Assembly: GCF_006345805.1 (NCBI RefSeq)
Contig: NW_021825323.1
Location: forward strand, 1-64,000
Direction: 5' to 3'
Length of the DNA: 64,000 bases
Source of the DNA: Octopus sinensis
Lineage: Eukaryota
Position 1 is the stretch's first letter. The number at the start of each line of letters is the position of its first letter. Positions 1 to 12,700 of this stretch are shown piece by piece. The notes under the pieces were generated by a model, which was not told the origin of the DNA, did not search any database, and saw nothing but the letters and a program-made list of their open reading frames with translations. The translations under genes and the position numbers were made by a program.

Positions 1-3000
1 TCCCTAGATTTTAGCATATCCGGGTACTCGAGATTATGTAATGAATTACGTAATATATTATGCAATTAAGATTATGTAACGAATTACGTAATATAGACAT
101 CTCTAGATATGACTATATGGAGGTACTTGAGATTATGTAATGAATTACGCAATATATTATGCAATAAGAGAAGGTCCCTAAGATTTAGCATATCGGGTAC
201 TCGAGTATGGAATGAATACGTAATATATATGCAATAAGAGAAGAGGTCCCTAGATTTTGCATATCCGGGTACTTGAGATATTTAATGAATTTCGTAATAT
301 ATTATGCAATTCGGGACATATCTAGATATGACTATAAGGAGGTACTTGAGATTAAGTAATGAATTCACGTAATATATTATACAATAAGAGAAGGTCCCTA
401 GATTTTAGCATATCCGGGTACTTGAGATATTTAATGAATTTCGTAATATATTATGCAATTTCGGGACATATCTAGATAGACTATAAGGAAGGGTTACTTG
501 AGATAAGTAATGAATTCACGTAATATATATGCAATAAGAGAAAGTCCCTAGATTTTAGCATATCCGGGTAGTTGAAGATTATTTAATGAATTAGTAATAT
601 ATTCTGCAATTTCGGCACATCTCTAGATATGACTATATGAAGGTACTTGAGATTATGTAATGAATTACGTAATATATTATACAATAAGAGAAGGTCCTAG
701 ATTTTAACATATCCGGGTACTTGAGTATTGAATGAATTTCGTAATATATTATGCAATTTCGGCACATCTCTAGACATGACTATATGGATGTACTTGAGAT
801 TATGTAATGAATTACGCAATATATTATGCAATAAGAGAAGTTCCCTAGATTTTAGCATATCCGGGTAGTTGAGATTATTTAATGAATTTAGTAATATATT
901 ATGCAATTTCGGCACATCTCTAGATATGACTATATGGAGGTACTTGAGATTATGTAATGAATTACGCAATATATTATGCAATAAGAGAAGGTCCCTAGAT
1001 TTTAGCATATCCGGGTACTCGAGATTATGTAATGAATTACGTAATATATTATGCAATTAAGATAGGTAATGAATTACGTAATATAATGCAATAAGAGAAG
1101 TCCCTAGATTTTAACAATCCGTGTACTTGAGATTATTTAATGAATTTCGTAATATATTATGCAATTAAGATTACGTAATGAATACGTAACATATTATGCA
1201 TTTCGAGACCTCTCTAGATATGACTATTGGAGGTACTTGAGATTATTTAATGAATTTCGTAATATTATGCAATTAAGATTATGTAACGATTTAAGTAATA
1301 ATTATGCAATTTGGGGACATCCCTAGATGTAAGTATATTGAAGGTACTTGAGATTATGTAATGAATACGTAATATATTATGCAATAAGAGAAGGTCCTAG
1401 ATTTTAGCATATCCGGGTACTTGAGATATTTAATGAATTTCGTAATATATTATGCAATTTCGGGGCATATCTAGATATGACTATAAGAAGGTACTTGAGA
1501 TTAAGTAATGAATTCACGTAATATATTATGCAATAAGAGAAGTTCCCTAGATTTTAGCATATCCGGGTAGTTGAGATTATTTAATGAATTTAGTAATATA
1601 TTATGCAATTTCGGCACATCTCTAGATATGACTATATGGAGGTACTTGAGATTATGTAATGAATTACGCAATATATTATGCAATAAGAGAAGGTCCCTAG
1701 ATTTTAGCATATCCGGGTACTCGAGATTATGTAATGAATTACGTAATATATTATGCAATTAAGATTAGGTAATGAATTACGTAATATATTATGCAATAAG
1801 AGAAGGTCCCTAGATTTTAACATATCCGTGTACTTGAGATTATTTAATGAATTTCGTAATATATTATCAATTAGATTCGTAATGAATTACGTAACATATT
1901 ATGCAATTTCGAGACATCTCTAGATATGGCTATATGGAGGTACTTGAGATATGTAAGAATTACGTAATATATTATGCAATTTCGGGACATCTCTAGATAT
2001 TACTATATTTAGGTACTTGAGATGATGTACTTAATTAGGTTATGCAATATGAGATGGTCCCTAGATTTTAGCATATCCGGGTACTTGAGATTATTTAATG
2101 AATTTCGTAATATATTATGCAATTAAGATTAGGTAATGAATTACGTAATATATTATGCAATTTCGGGACATCTCTAGATATGACTATATGGAGGTCTTGA
2201 GATTATGTAATGAATTACGTAATATATTATGCAATTTCGGGACATCTCTAGATATGACTATATGGAGGTACTTGAGATTATGTAATGAATTACGTAATAT
2301 ATTATGCAATTTCGGGACATCTCTAGATATTACTATATGGAGGTACTTGAGATTATGTAATGAATTACGTAATATATTATGCAATAACAGAAGGTCCCTG
2401 TATTTTAGCATATCCGGGTACTTGAGATTATTTAATGAATTTCGTAATATATTATGCAATTGAGATTATGTAATGAATTACGTAATATATTATGCAATAA
2501 GAGAAGTTCCCTAGATTTTAGCATATCCGGGTACTTGAGATTATTTAATGAATTTCGTAATATATTATGCAATTGAGATTATGTAATGATTTACGTAATA
2601 TATTATGCAATTTTGGGACATCCATAGATGTGAGTTTATGCAGGTACTTGAGATAATGTAATTAATCCCGTAATATATTATGCCAATTTATTACATCCCT
2701 AGATGTGAGTATATGTAGGTACTTGAGATGATGTAATGAATTACGTAATATATTATGCAATAAGAGAAGGTCCCTAGATTTTAGCATATCCGGGTACTTG
2801 AGATTATTTAATGAATTTCGTAATATATTATGCAATTTGGGGACATCTCTAGATGTAAGTATATTGAGGTACTTGAGATTATGTAATGAATTCACGTAAT
2901 ATATTATGCAATCAGAGAAGGTCTTTTTATTTTAGCATATCTCGGTACTTGAGATTATTTAATGAATATCGTAATATATTATGCAATTGAGATTATGTAA

Positions 3001-3277
3001 TGAATTACGTAATATATTTGCAATTTCGGGACATATCTAGATTTGACTATAAGGAGGTACTTGAGATTAAGTAATGAATTCACGTAATATATTATGCAAT
3101 AAGAGAAAGTCCCTAGATTTTAGCATATCCGGGTTTTTGAGATTATTTAATGAATTTCGTAATATTTTGCAATTGAGATTATTTAATGATTACGTAATAT
3201 ACAATTATTGCAATTTGGGGACATCTCTAGATATGACTATATGGGGTACTTGAGATTATGTAATTAATTACGTAATA
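1..3277. repeat. Tandem array of 75-bp monomers (38-bp conserved core plus 37-bp variable half, variants A/B/C) with interspersed 38-bp core-only units
   Basis: Core gagattatgtaatgaattacgtaatatattatgcaat alternates with aagagaaggtccctagattttagcatatccgggtactt (A), ttcgggacatctctagatatgactatatggaggtactt (B) or ttggggacatccctagatgtaagtatattgaggtactt (C). ORFs 697-1056 and 1501-1758 share the same first ~81 aa at a 702-bp offset (higher-order repeat). Runs off the left edge. Confidence 0.97.
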
Positions 3278-4369
3278 TGTCGCGAACTAGCTGGCGACCA
3301 TACCACGCTGGCGACCAGAACGATCTTCATTGTTTACAAGATTGACAGGGCGACCTACATAGTTTGACACTAATTACTGGATAAAGATAATTCCTAAAAA
3401 ATCAAAAAACTTAACATTTTTTTATCTCTATTCATTGTAACTAATTAATTGTCTTTATAAAAATGTTATATGTAATTAACAAATAGTTATTAACTAACTA
3501 AATTCCCGGCATCGTAAATGGAAACACAGTTTCCACGTACTATGGCCAAGGAACTATTTTGTAATTCGATCTAAATGTTAGGAAAGACAACTAACCATTA
3601 ATTAGACATTATATTTTTTACTTTTCCCTTTTCTTCATATGGGGATTCAAATCTGTGTAGCTTCAATGACGGATTCGTCCCACATCTTTTATTATTCGTT
3701 TCTAAAAAAAAATAATCATCATAATTTACCATTAAGTTCATCTTCGACAAACGATGACTCGTTTTTTTCATCTAAATTATAAATAAGATTATAACCTGGT
3801 AATTTCATGAATCACACGTGTTAATTCCAAAAATACCCCTAACTTTTGAAGGGGGTCTCATTGATCGCCGAGTGGTGTGTCGTATTATAGGAAAAAGTTA
3901 CTTTGTCTAAAAATTGTTTCCAATTTTTACGTTTTGTATGTAGAGAAATTGTACAATAAGACCGTTTCAGTAGCATGTTGTATAATTTGATTTTTAGAGA
4001 GGTCGAAATTTGTTCATAATATGTCGCTGATTGTATTGTTTCCAATTTTTAGTTCCTTCTTTATCCATCATTTTGCCATACCACGTGTCAATGTTTGGTT
4101 AAAAGCGCTCAATTACACCCTAATTATTTCAAATTTATAAACTTGTGACTGGGGATGGTTTGGTTTTCAATGAATATGCTTGATTTTTTTTCTCCGCATA
4201 TCTGATCCATCAGTTGATTTTTGAATTCCAATCCGTTGTCTGTTTGTGAAAATTTGACAATATCCAATTCTTCTAACATCAATAAGATCCGCCTGGAATC
4301 TTTTATTTGGACTTCTTGCCGTTACATGGTAATTAGAATCGGATACCTAAGTATATTTAATCAAAAATA
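3278..4369 (-). mobile_element. Truncated duplicate of the Ginger transposon at 5718-7351
   Basis: Near-identical to 5718-~6805, with the same left junction cgtaata|TGTCGCG; stops at tcaaaaata and returns to the array. Integrase motif WKQFLDKVTFSYNTTHHSAINETPF in ORF 3839-4045. Confidence 0.85.
3479..3553 (-). mobile_element. ~75-bp 3' stub of a CRE-like retrotransposon inside the Ginger (second copy ~5920-5993)
   Basis: Nearly identical to 33795-33862. Minus strand reads SLAIVRGNCVSIYDAG, matching the CRE C-terminus SLAIVRGNCFSIYEAG at ~63215-63265. Confidence 0.75.
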
Positions 4370-5717
4370 GATATGACTATATGGAGGTACTTGAGATTAT
4401 GTAATGAATTACGTAATATATTATGCAATAAGAGAAGGTCCCTAGATTTTAGCATATCCGGGTACTTGAGATATTTTAATGAATTTCGTAATATATTATG
4501 CAATTTCGGCACATCTCTAGACATGACTATATGGAGGTACTTGAGATTATGTAATGAATTACGCAATATATTATGCAATACAAAGTTCCCTAGATTTTAG
4601 CATATTCGGGTAGTTGAGATTATTTAATGAATTTAGTAATATATTCTGCAATTTCGGCACATCTCTAGATATGACTATATGGAGGTACTTGAGATTATGT
4701 AATGAATTACGTAATATATTATGCAATTTCGGCACATCTCTAGATATGACTATATGGAGGTACTTGAGATGATGTAATTAATTACGCAATATATTATGCA
4801 ATAAGAGAAGGTCCCTAGATTTTAGCATATCCGGGTACTCGAGATTATGTACTGAATTACGTAATATATTATGCAATTAAGATTAGGTAATGAATTACGT
4901 AATATATTATGCAATTTCGGGACATCTCTAGATATTACTATATTTAGGTACTTGAGATGATGTAATTAATTATGTTATGCAATATGAGATGGTCCCTAGA
5001 TTTTAGCATATCCGGGTACTTGAGATTATTTAATGAATTTCGTAATATATTATGCAATTAAGATTATGTAATGAATTACGTAATATATTATGCAATTTGG
5101 GGACATCCCTAGATGTAAGTATATTGAGGTACTTGAGATTATGTAATGAATTACGTAATATATTTAGATATGACTATATGGAGGTACTTGAGATTATTTA
5201 ATGAATTTCGTAATATATTATGCAATTGAGATTATTTAATGAATTACGTAATATATTATGCAATTGAGATTATTTAATGAATTACGTAATATATTTTATG
5301 ATGTATCCTTGCAATTTGGGGACATCCTAGATGTAAGTATATTGAGGTACTTGAGATTATGTAATGAATTACGTAATATATTATGCAATAAGAGAAGGTC
5401 CCTAGATTTTACCATATCCGGGTACTTGAGATATTTTAATGAATTTCGTAATATATTATGCAATTTCGGGACATATCTAGATATGACTATAAGGAGGTAC
5501 TTGAGATTAAGTAATGAATTCACGTAATATATTATGCAATAAGAGAAAGTCCCTAGATTTTAGCATATTTGGGTTTTTGAGATTATTTAATGAATTTCGT
5601 AATATATTATGCAATTGAGATTATTTAATGAATTACGTAATATATTATGCAATTTCGGGACATCTCTAGATATGACTATATGGAGGTACTTGAGATTATG
5701 TAATTAATTACGTAATA
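4370..5717. repeat. Continuation of the 75-bp tandem array
   Basis: Same A/B/C monomers and 38-bp units as 1-3277. Confidence 0.97.
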
Positions 5718-7351
5718 TGTCGCGAACTACGCTGGCGACCATACCACGCTGGCGACCAGAACGATCTTCATTGTTTACAAGATTGACAGGGCGACCTACA
5801 TAGTTTGACACTAATTACTGGATAAAGATAATTCCTAAAAAATCAAAAAACTTAACATTTTTTTATCTCTATTCATTGTAACTAATTAATTGTCTTTATA
5901 AAAATGTTATATGTAATTAACAAATAGTTATTAACTAACTAAATTCCCGGCATCGTAAATGGAAACACAGTTTCCACGTACTATGGCCAAGGAACTATTT
6001 TGTAATTCGATCTAAATGTTAGGAAAGACAACTAACCATTAATTAGACATTATATTTTTTACTTTTCCCTTTTCTTCATATGGGGATTCAAATCTGTGTA
6101 GCTTCAATGACGGATTCGTCCCACAATCTTTTATTATTCGTTTCTAAAAATAAATACATCATAAATTTACCATTAAGTTCATCTTCGACAAACGATGACT
6201 CGTTATTTTCATCTAAATTATAAATAAGATTATAACCTGGTATTTCATGAATCACAGTGTTAATTCCAAAAATACCCCTAAACTTTTGAAGGGGGTCTCA
6301 TTGATCGCCGAGTGGTGTGTCGTATTATAGGAAAAAGTTACTTTGTCTAAAAATTGTTTCCAATTTTTACGTTTATGTAGAGAAATTGTACAATAAGACC
6401 GGTTTCAGTAGCATGTTGTATAATTTGATTTTTAGAGAGGTCGAAATTTGTTCATAATATGTCCGCTGTATTGTTTCCAATTTTTAGTTCCTTCTTTATC
6501 CATCAGTTTTGCCATACCACGTGTCAATGTTTGGTTAAAGCGCTCAATTACACCCTAATTTATTTCAAATTTATAAACTTGTGACTGGGGATGGTTTGGT
6601 TTTCAATGAATATGCTTGATTTTTTTTCTCCGCATATCTGATCCATCAGTTGATTTTTGAATTCCAATCCGTTGTCTGTTTGTGAAAATTTGACAATATC
6701 CAATTCTTCTAACATCAATAAGATCCGCCTGGAATCTTTTATTTGGACTTCTTGCCGTTACATGGTAATTAGAATCGGATACCTAAGTATATTTAATCAA
6801 AAATACTTTTAACGGCCCAGCAAATTTACAAATTTCGCAGTCTTTTATAATTTGTTCGATAATATTCACAGCACTTCTTATGAAGCTTTAGTATTCCCCA
6901 GTGGCATTCTTGGTGAATAGCGAATGCCAGTGTCTTCATCTCCATTTAATTGTCCAAAAAGATAACCAATTTGTGTTTTTGGTTATTATCGTCCTTTAGA
7001 TAGAGACTACGAATTAGGAATATCAAATATACCGATCATCAATTATCATAAATTGATTCGCTTTTTTAATAAGTTTGTATTTTTCGGATTTAGATGTAGT
7101 TTGTACTTGGAGTAGTGCATTTAAAATATTTTTATATTCACTGTCATTTTTCACGTAACCTAAGGATTGAGACTATATTAATACAACACCTTTTGGAAGA
7201 TATCATTTTTTTAATTAAAATGACGTTAAACCCTTTTTATAAAAAATTATTTTCGTTTTTAATTGAACGTCAAACTATGTAGGTCACGCTGTCAACAATG
7301 AAGGTCACACTGGTCGCCAGCGTGGTATGGTCGCCAGCTATGGGCGCGACA
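5718..7351 (-). mobile_element. Ginger-type DNA transposon (gypsy-like integrase), internally deleted and degenerate
   Basis: Imperfect ~90-bp TIRs with TGTCGCG...CGCGACA termini; 5-bp TSD TAATA (5713-5717 / 7352-7356). Minus-strand remnants: IHQECHWGILKLH (zinc-binding), PNKRFQADLID, TDNGLEFKNQ, HPQSQ-intron-GVIERFNQTL, YNTTHHS. Confidence 0.8.
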
Positions 7352-7565
7352 TAATATATTATTCAATTTGGGGTGGTCCCATAATGTGAGGATATGGGGG
7401 TACGTGAGATTATGTAATCAATTGCCGTTTATGCAATTTAGGACGGTCTGTAGATGTTAGGATATAGGTCTACTTGAAATTATGTAATAAATATTCTAAT
7501 TTATTATACAATTTGGGGCGGTCCGTAGATTTACGAATATTGGGATATTTGAGATTTTGTAATCA
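7352..7565. repeat. Diverged monomers of the 75-bp array
   Basis: About 3 recognisable units; minus frame reads LQNLKYPNIRKSTDRPKLYN and YILTSTDRPKLH. Confidence 0.75.
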
Positions 7566-8390
7566 AGGGAACTCTTCACGATGTCGTTCAGTTCACTGTG
7601 GCGAGGAGTGTGGCCTGCACTGCGGGCGCAGGAGAGAGGATGTAACCAAAACTCGTCCACAGTTCCGCCACAGCGACATTTGTGGGCCTGACAGATTTTG
7701 AGCCCGACTCGTAAGAGATGGCGATTCTTAGGCACTCGGAGTCTAGGAGGTTCCTAATTGAAAGGAGGGGGAAGGCATCAATCCACGCACCGCTGCCGGG
7801 GTGACAGCCTGCACGAAGGCAGGCGAGCCTGTGTTGGTTAAGTTTCTGAGTGAGTTCTTAGTACAAAAACCGACATACAATCTGGTCCCACTGGCGCTGG
7901 TTGTCCTCGGGCCTTCCATAAGAGACGTGCCGCAACGAAATCTGCAGACATTTTCCGTTCGGGAAGGTTTCGAAGAACGATGTCTGACAGATTGCGGGAT
8001 GCAGAACGAGGGGACAGATAAGCCGGAAGAGCCAAATCGGAACAGGATCTCAGACCAAGGCCACCCCAGCGCACAGGTAAGGTCGCCTGAGATCAGCCAG
8101 AACTATCGAAAGCAAGATTGGACAGGGAGCTCATACCGAGCTTAAGGATGTAATCGAAATCTGATAGGAGGTCACTTCTGTGGAAACAGGTTGCACATCT
8201 TATCTTATGAAGGACCTTGGGGGCGGGAAAGTGATTTCGCAGGAGGAAAAATGCGACGTGAGGCTCGATCTTTTTAAGCCTCTCAATCATTTTAGCGAGA
8301 TTCGAAATGTTTTTCAGAAAATAAAGCTTCTAGAGCAGAAGGGCCCATGGGAGCCCTGACTTTCCTGTTGCACCATGACGCTTTCCTGTT
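7566..8390 (-). mobile_element. CRE-like non-LTR retrotransposon fragment (post-RT to CCHC region)
   Basis: MIERLKKIEPHVAFFLLRN, WGGLGLRSCSDLALPAYLS, ICQAHKCRCGGTVDEFWLHPLSCARSAGHTPRH; collinear with 60060-62820. Confidence 0.85.
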
Positions 8391-8429
8391 GGGAAGTAAT
8401 TTAATCACTTCTTTAGCTGTGCTGTTTGA

Positions 8430-9290
8430 AATATTATTTTAATACTTTTCCACTTAGGTAAACCGTCCCTTTAAAGTTATCGTCTTCTATTCCACTAAAT
8501 CTAAATAGGGCTCGAAAATTTTCACTTTTTGTGGTCAATTTGCAAGTTCGTTTTTTCTTTTTGACTGAGTTTTCTATAGAATAGTCTCCGACTGACTTTA
8601 AAATTATAATTGTCCACATGGAACTAAATGTTGTTAATTCTTTTTTTAATTTTATCCTTTATATGTACCAAGTAATTTTAACCTTTTTTTCGCTTCTTTT
8701 TTTGTAACCAACAACTAAAAATGCATGACAGACGATCCGTTATTCAAAGGTTCAGAAAAAACGTCTCAATACTCGATAAATGTGATTTCTAATTTTCAAA
8801 TTTTTTATATATCTTTTCTCTTGATGGTTCATCTTACTTCAAAATTACTTGTTGATAAGCTAATTGGCACGCGTAAATAATAGTGGATATTTTATCCAAG
8901 GAACGAGGTTTACTTTTTTAATCTATTGACCAATCACACGGTTTAACGTGTTCGAAATTTTCCAATTTAATTTTGGGTATCTGACCTTCTTTCTCCGTGG
9001 CGTACATAATGCTCATTTTGTCTTGTCAAACTAAGTTCGTTAAAGAATACTAGTTTGCAAGTGGCGTAGAGCTTTATCTGGGTTGATTGATGCAGTTTTT
9101 CTGGATTGTGTTTTTGTCTTTCATAGAATCATTGCCGTACTGTATAATTTCAGCTTTCTTTTTAAGGCAGTAAACTTTTTGTCTCGATTGATTTTTGATA
9201 TTTTGTCCATTTAAAACTTTTTCTAGCAATCGATACTCATCCATATCTCTTACAAAAGGACGCGACATAAGTAACACAGAAGAAACACGC
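8430..9290 (-). mobile_element. R4/Dong-like retrotransposon, degenerate 5' fragment
   Basis: Minus strand gives KISTIIYACQLAYQ (cf. ITNIIYAGQCAYE at ~27230) and an RRLFYRKL-like motif (cf. LNRRFYRNL at ~27560); many stops. Confidence 0.55.
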
Positions 9291-9341
9291 GTTTATATAT
9301 ATTACAATTAAAGATGTATGGTTATCCGGATATTATTGTTT

Positions 9342-9609
9342 TAATATTTAATAGATTAATTTTAAATATTAAGAATAATTTTATCAGGTTTAGCGATAAA
9401 TTAATTTTTAATCTTTATAGAAAAATAAGCGAAATGTCACGACCTAGGCTCGGTAACAACCTAGGCTCGTGACATAATATTTAATAGATTAATTTTAAAT
9501 ATTAAGAATAATTTTATCAGGTTTAGCGATAAATTAATTTTTAATCTTTATAGAAAAATAAGCGAAATGTCACGACCTAGACTCGGTAACAACCTAGGCC
9601 CGTGACATA
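9342..9609. repeat. 133-bp tandem duplication, each copy ending in a 40-bp TG...CA inverted-repeat unit
   Basis: 9342-9474 and 9475-9607; TGTCACGA...TCGTGACA at 9435-9474, and a near-identical unit with CCGTGACA at 9568-9607. Confidence 0.85.
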
Positions 9610-9736
9610 CTATAACAACCTTTTCTGCGAGAGTTATAAATTTTCCCAAAGTTTACTTAATTAGATAATCATTTCTATTAAATAATTTTTTAGATTTACT
9701 TAAATAATAATTATTTAATTAAAGCATACATTTTTA

Positions 9737-12700
9737 ATGTCGCTTGTGCAACCATCCTTGTAGCGTTTATTTTTTATTTAGATTCTTTTAGTTTTATAAT
9801 ATTTACTTTTTAGTGATCCTGACAGAAATGATAAATTATTCAAGGATTTTTACTTATTGATACATACAATATTTTCAAATGATTCTTTATCTACCGCTTA
9901 TCTGAATGCATCTTCTTTTATTAATAGAAGCCTAGTTTCTTGTTATTAATTATTCATAGCATTCTACTTCAGATATTTTAAACATACCGAATATTTTTCT
10001 TGATGCTCTTGCGATATACGGTTTTTAACTAATCAATTTCATTTAAAGATTTGGAAGTCAGATCAAATCCCCTGGTGCTTGCTAATCAAAGCTATGAAGG
10101 ACTTTTTGTTTCTAAATTCGTAGAGAATTTTGTAAATTAATTCTTTATATATAATTTAGACAGGCATGGATATGAGAATGGTTTGTGAGAGACTCAATCC
10201 GAATTTATTTGATAGTGTTTCGCGTCTTTGTTTGTTAAATTCTAATCATTCGATTGCAGAATCTAATTTTACTCAAAAATTTACGAAATTACGTACCAAA
10301 AAATTGTTTATTGCTAATTTCATAATGAATTTTAGTTATCTCCAGACCAAATTTAATTTATTGTGGGAAAGTAATGAAGGATTTTCTAAACTTTTAAATA
10401 CGCTATGGTTTTCACAATTAACCAATTTTTCTACACTGCTTTCTCCTTTGCAAAGGCTACAAGGTTGCAACTTATATTTAAACAAATTTCATAGGATGCT
10501 TTCAATTGGATCCAAATAGAGTCATTGATCTATTTATTGAGATGACTCCATTGCTAAATAAAAATAATGTACTTTTACAGTGCATTAATTTTTTTTCATC
10601 CGACGAATCGACAATTTATAATATCATCGGAATGAAGATTTCTAGTATTTTGGTTATTTATATTAATAATAATTGTTAGTCGTATGAAGACACTGAACAT
10701 ATCTCCAATTGTATCGCCATTTTAGCCAAAAATAATCTAATTAAACTCGAGAAAATTGTCGATAAAGTTTTTATAAATTTATAAATCTAAATTTAGTTTC
10801 AACCATCTTTTGAAAAAATGGATATCGAAATGAACGATCATATGAACTCGTTGCAATCATTAATTGATGAACTTAATGTGGTTACTCTCCGAGAGGAGAG
10901 AATTGATGATTTTTCTAATGTCCCGAACAATTCTTTATCAGATTCTGTGAAAATTAATGAAAAAATAATTCCTCCTGTTCCTATACCAGCTGTTAGATAC
11001 AACTCTTTTTATTAATTTTTTAGTTAAAACCGGGAATTGAAACTGGCTCGTTATCGATTTCAGTTGGAAATCAAAAAATAATTTTATATACAAGTCTGAT
11101 AAAATATAATCTATGGTCGGAATTAAATTTAATCGACGCTTATTATCCACGGCATTATATTTATGCCGATAAAAATATTCGTAAATTATTATGCAACCAC
11201 ATTCATACAAAAATAGATGATATTTATTCGGGGTAATATTTTTAATCATTTAAGAAACTGCGAAATTTCTGAAAAAACCTTGAAAATTAGAAAAAATTTG
11301 TCTCCATTCAACACTGATTTCGTATTAACATTTGACATACAATTAATACGGATTTTTCGTTCTATGGGACCTTATCTGAGTTCAGACACTATTCTGCTTA
11401 TAAAACTTGTTAGATTGTGTACAGATTTTCTTCAAAAGGTTTTTATTTAAAAATTTTATTGTTTTAGATTCAGAAATTAGAAGAACAGTGTCGAGTTTAT
11501 TATGATATTATTACACTTATTGATGAAACTATTCTACCTTCTTTATGCCTTGTTCAACCAAATTCTGGTCTTGTGGAAGAGGTTTGGAGCCTCGTTTATC
11601 TTCTTCCTCCTCTAATTAGGTATTTTTATTATATTGTTAAAATTATATCGGATTAATTGTTTTTACTATAATTTTGAATTTATATTAATATTTCAAGATA
11701 TAATCTTTATTCTCGCTGGAATTGTCTAAATTTTACAAATTGTCCTGAGTTGAAAATGACTTACTCTATAGTAATGAAGCAAATGCAATATCTCATAAGG
11801 TTTTAATTTTATTATTTTTCAAAAAGGCGTCTAACAAAAGACAATGTTAAGCTAATGGGAAGAAAAATTGGTAAAATCTGTTTAACATCCCCTCTCACCG
11901 TAATGGACTTTGTATTATTTATGTTTTTAATAATCATTTAGTTATTGACAAATGCTCTTAGATATGATAATTTAATTGGTCCAATTATTGAATGTCTAAA
12001 ATTTGTGAACGGACTCTCTTTAGATATTTTAGCTTGTATTATATAAATTTTTTGTATTTATAGACTTTATTTTTGATATTATCTCACGTTCCGATGATTC
12101 TGTCATGATTGAAGGCGGCCAACTATCAAATAAAGCCATCAGTTAATTTTTAATTAGCCATTCAATATTTAGTTTTGGCAAATTTCACTGGAATGCTTTG
12201 CAAAAAATATAACCATGTTGATATTTCTCTAATACTACATCTTGTAGTCAAACAATTAGCTAGAGGGAATATGTATTTATCTTTTTTATTCAAAGATATT
12301 CCTTACCTTTGTTGCAGGAGGTTGTTCAAAAAATGAGCGGAATTGATATTGTCGATGAACTAACTTCAGAACAAATGCAAGCCTTATCTGGCGGATTTTT
12401 TCTTAAGCAGGAGGTATTTTTATTAATACAATTTGAATCAGCTTTTGTCTAATTAATTTAATTTTCATAGGTTGCATTTTCTAATCATGCACGAAATGCA
12501 AAAAAATTAATTGGACGGTTGAAGGATGTCGTTCTCGAAGAAAATTTATTTGTAACTATGTGCATACAGCTTGCAATACTTCGTGATGAAATTGTCTATT
12601 TACCTAATTTCAATTATTTACATGTAAAGTTGAAAGGGAAGTTGTATGATCAAGTTTAACTTATTTTTATGTTATTCACAGTGTCATGATACTCTTTATC

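Noticed and set aside
869-5527. Plus-strand array ORFs (YLRLCNELRNILCN...) as genes
   Set aside because: The changes that are synonymous on the minus strand mostly alter residues in this frame; it is the antisense shadow of a 3n repeat.
1-5717. CRISPR-like look: a constant 38-bp repeat alternating with ~37-bp variable segments
   Set aside because: The 'spacers' are three recurring, mutually homologous variants; there are no cas genes and the context is eukaryotic.
1-5717. TTACGTAA palindrome as a bZIP-binding array
   Set aside because: Expected by chance in an AT-rich repeat, often mutated to TTTCGTAA or TTACGCAA, and untestable from sequence.
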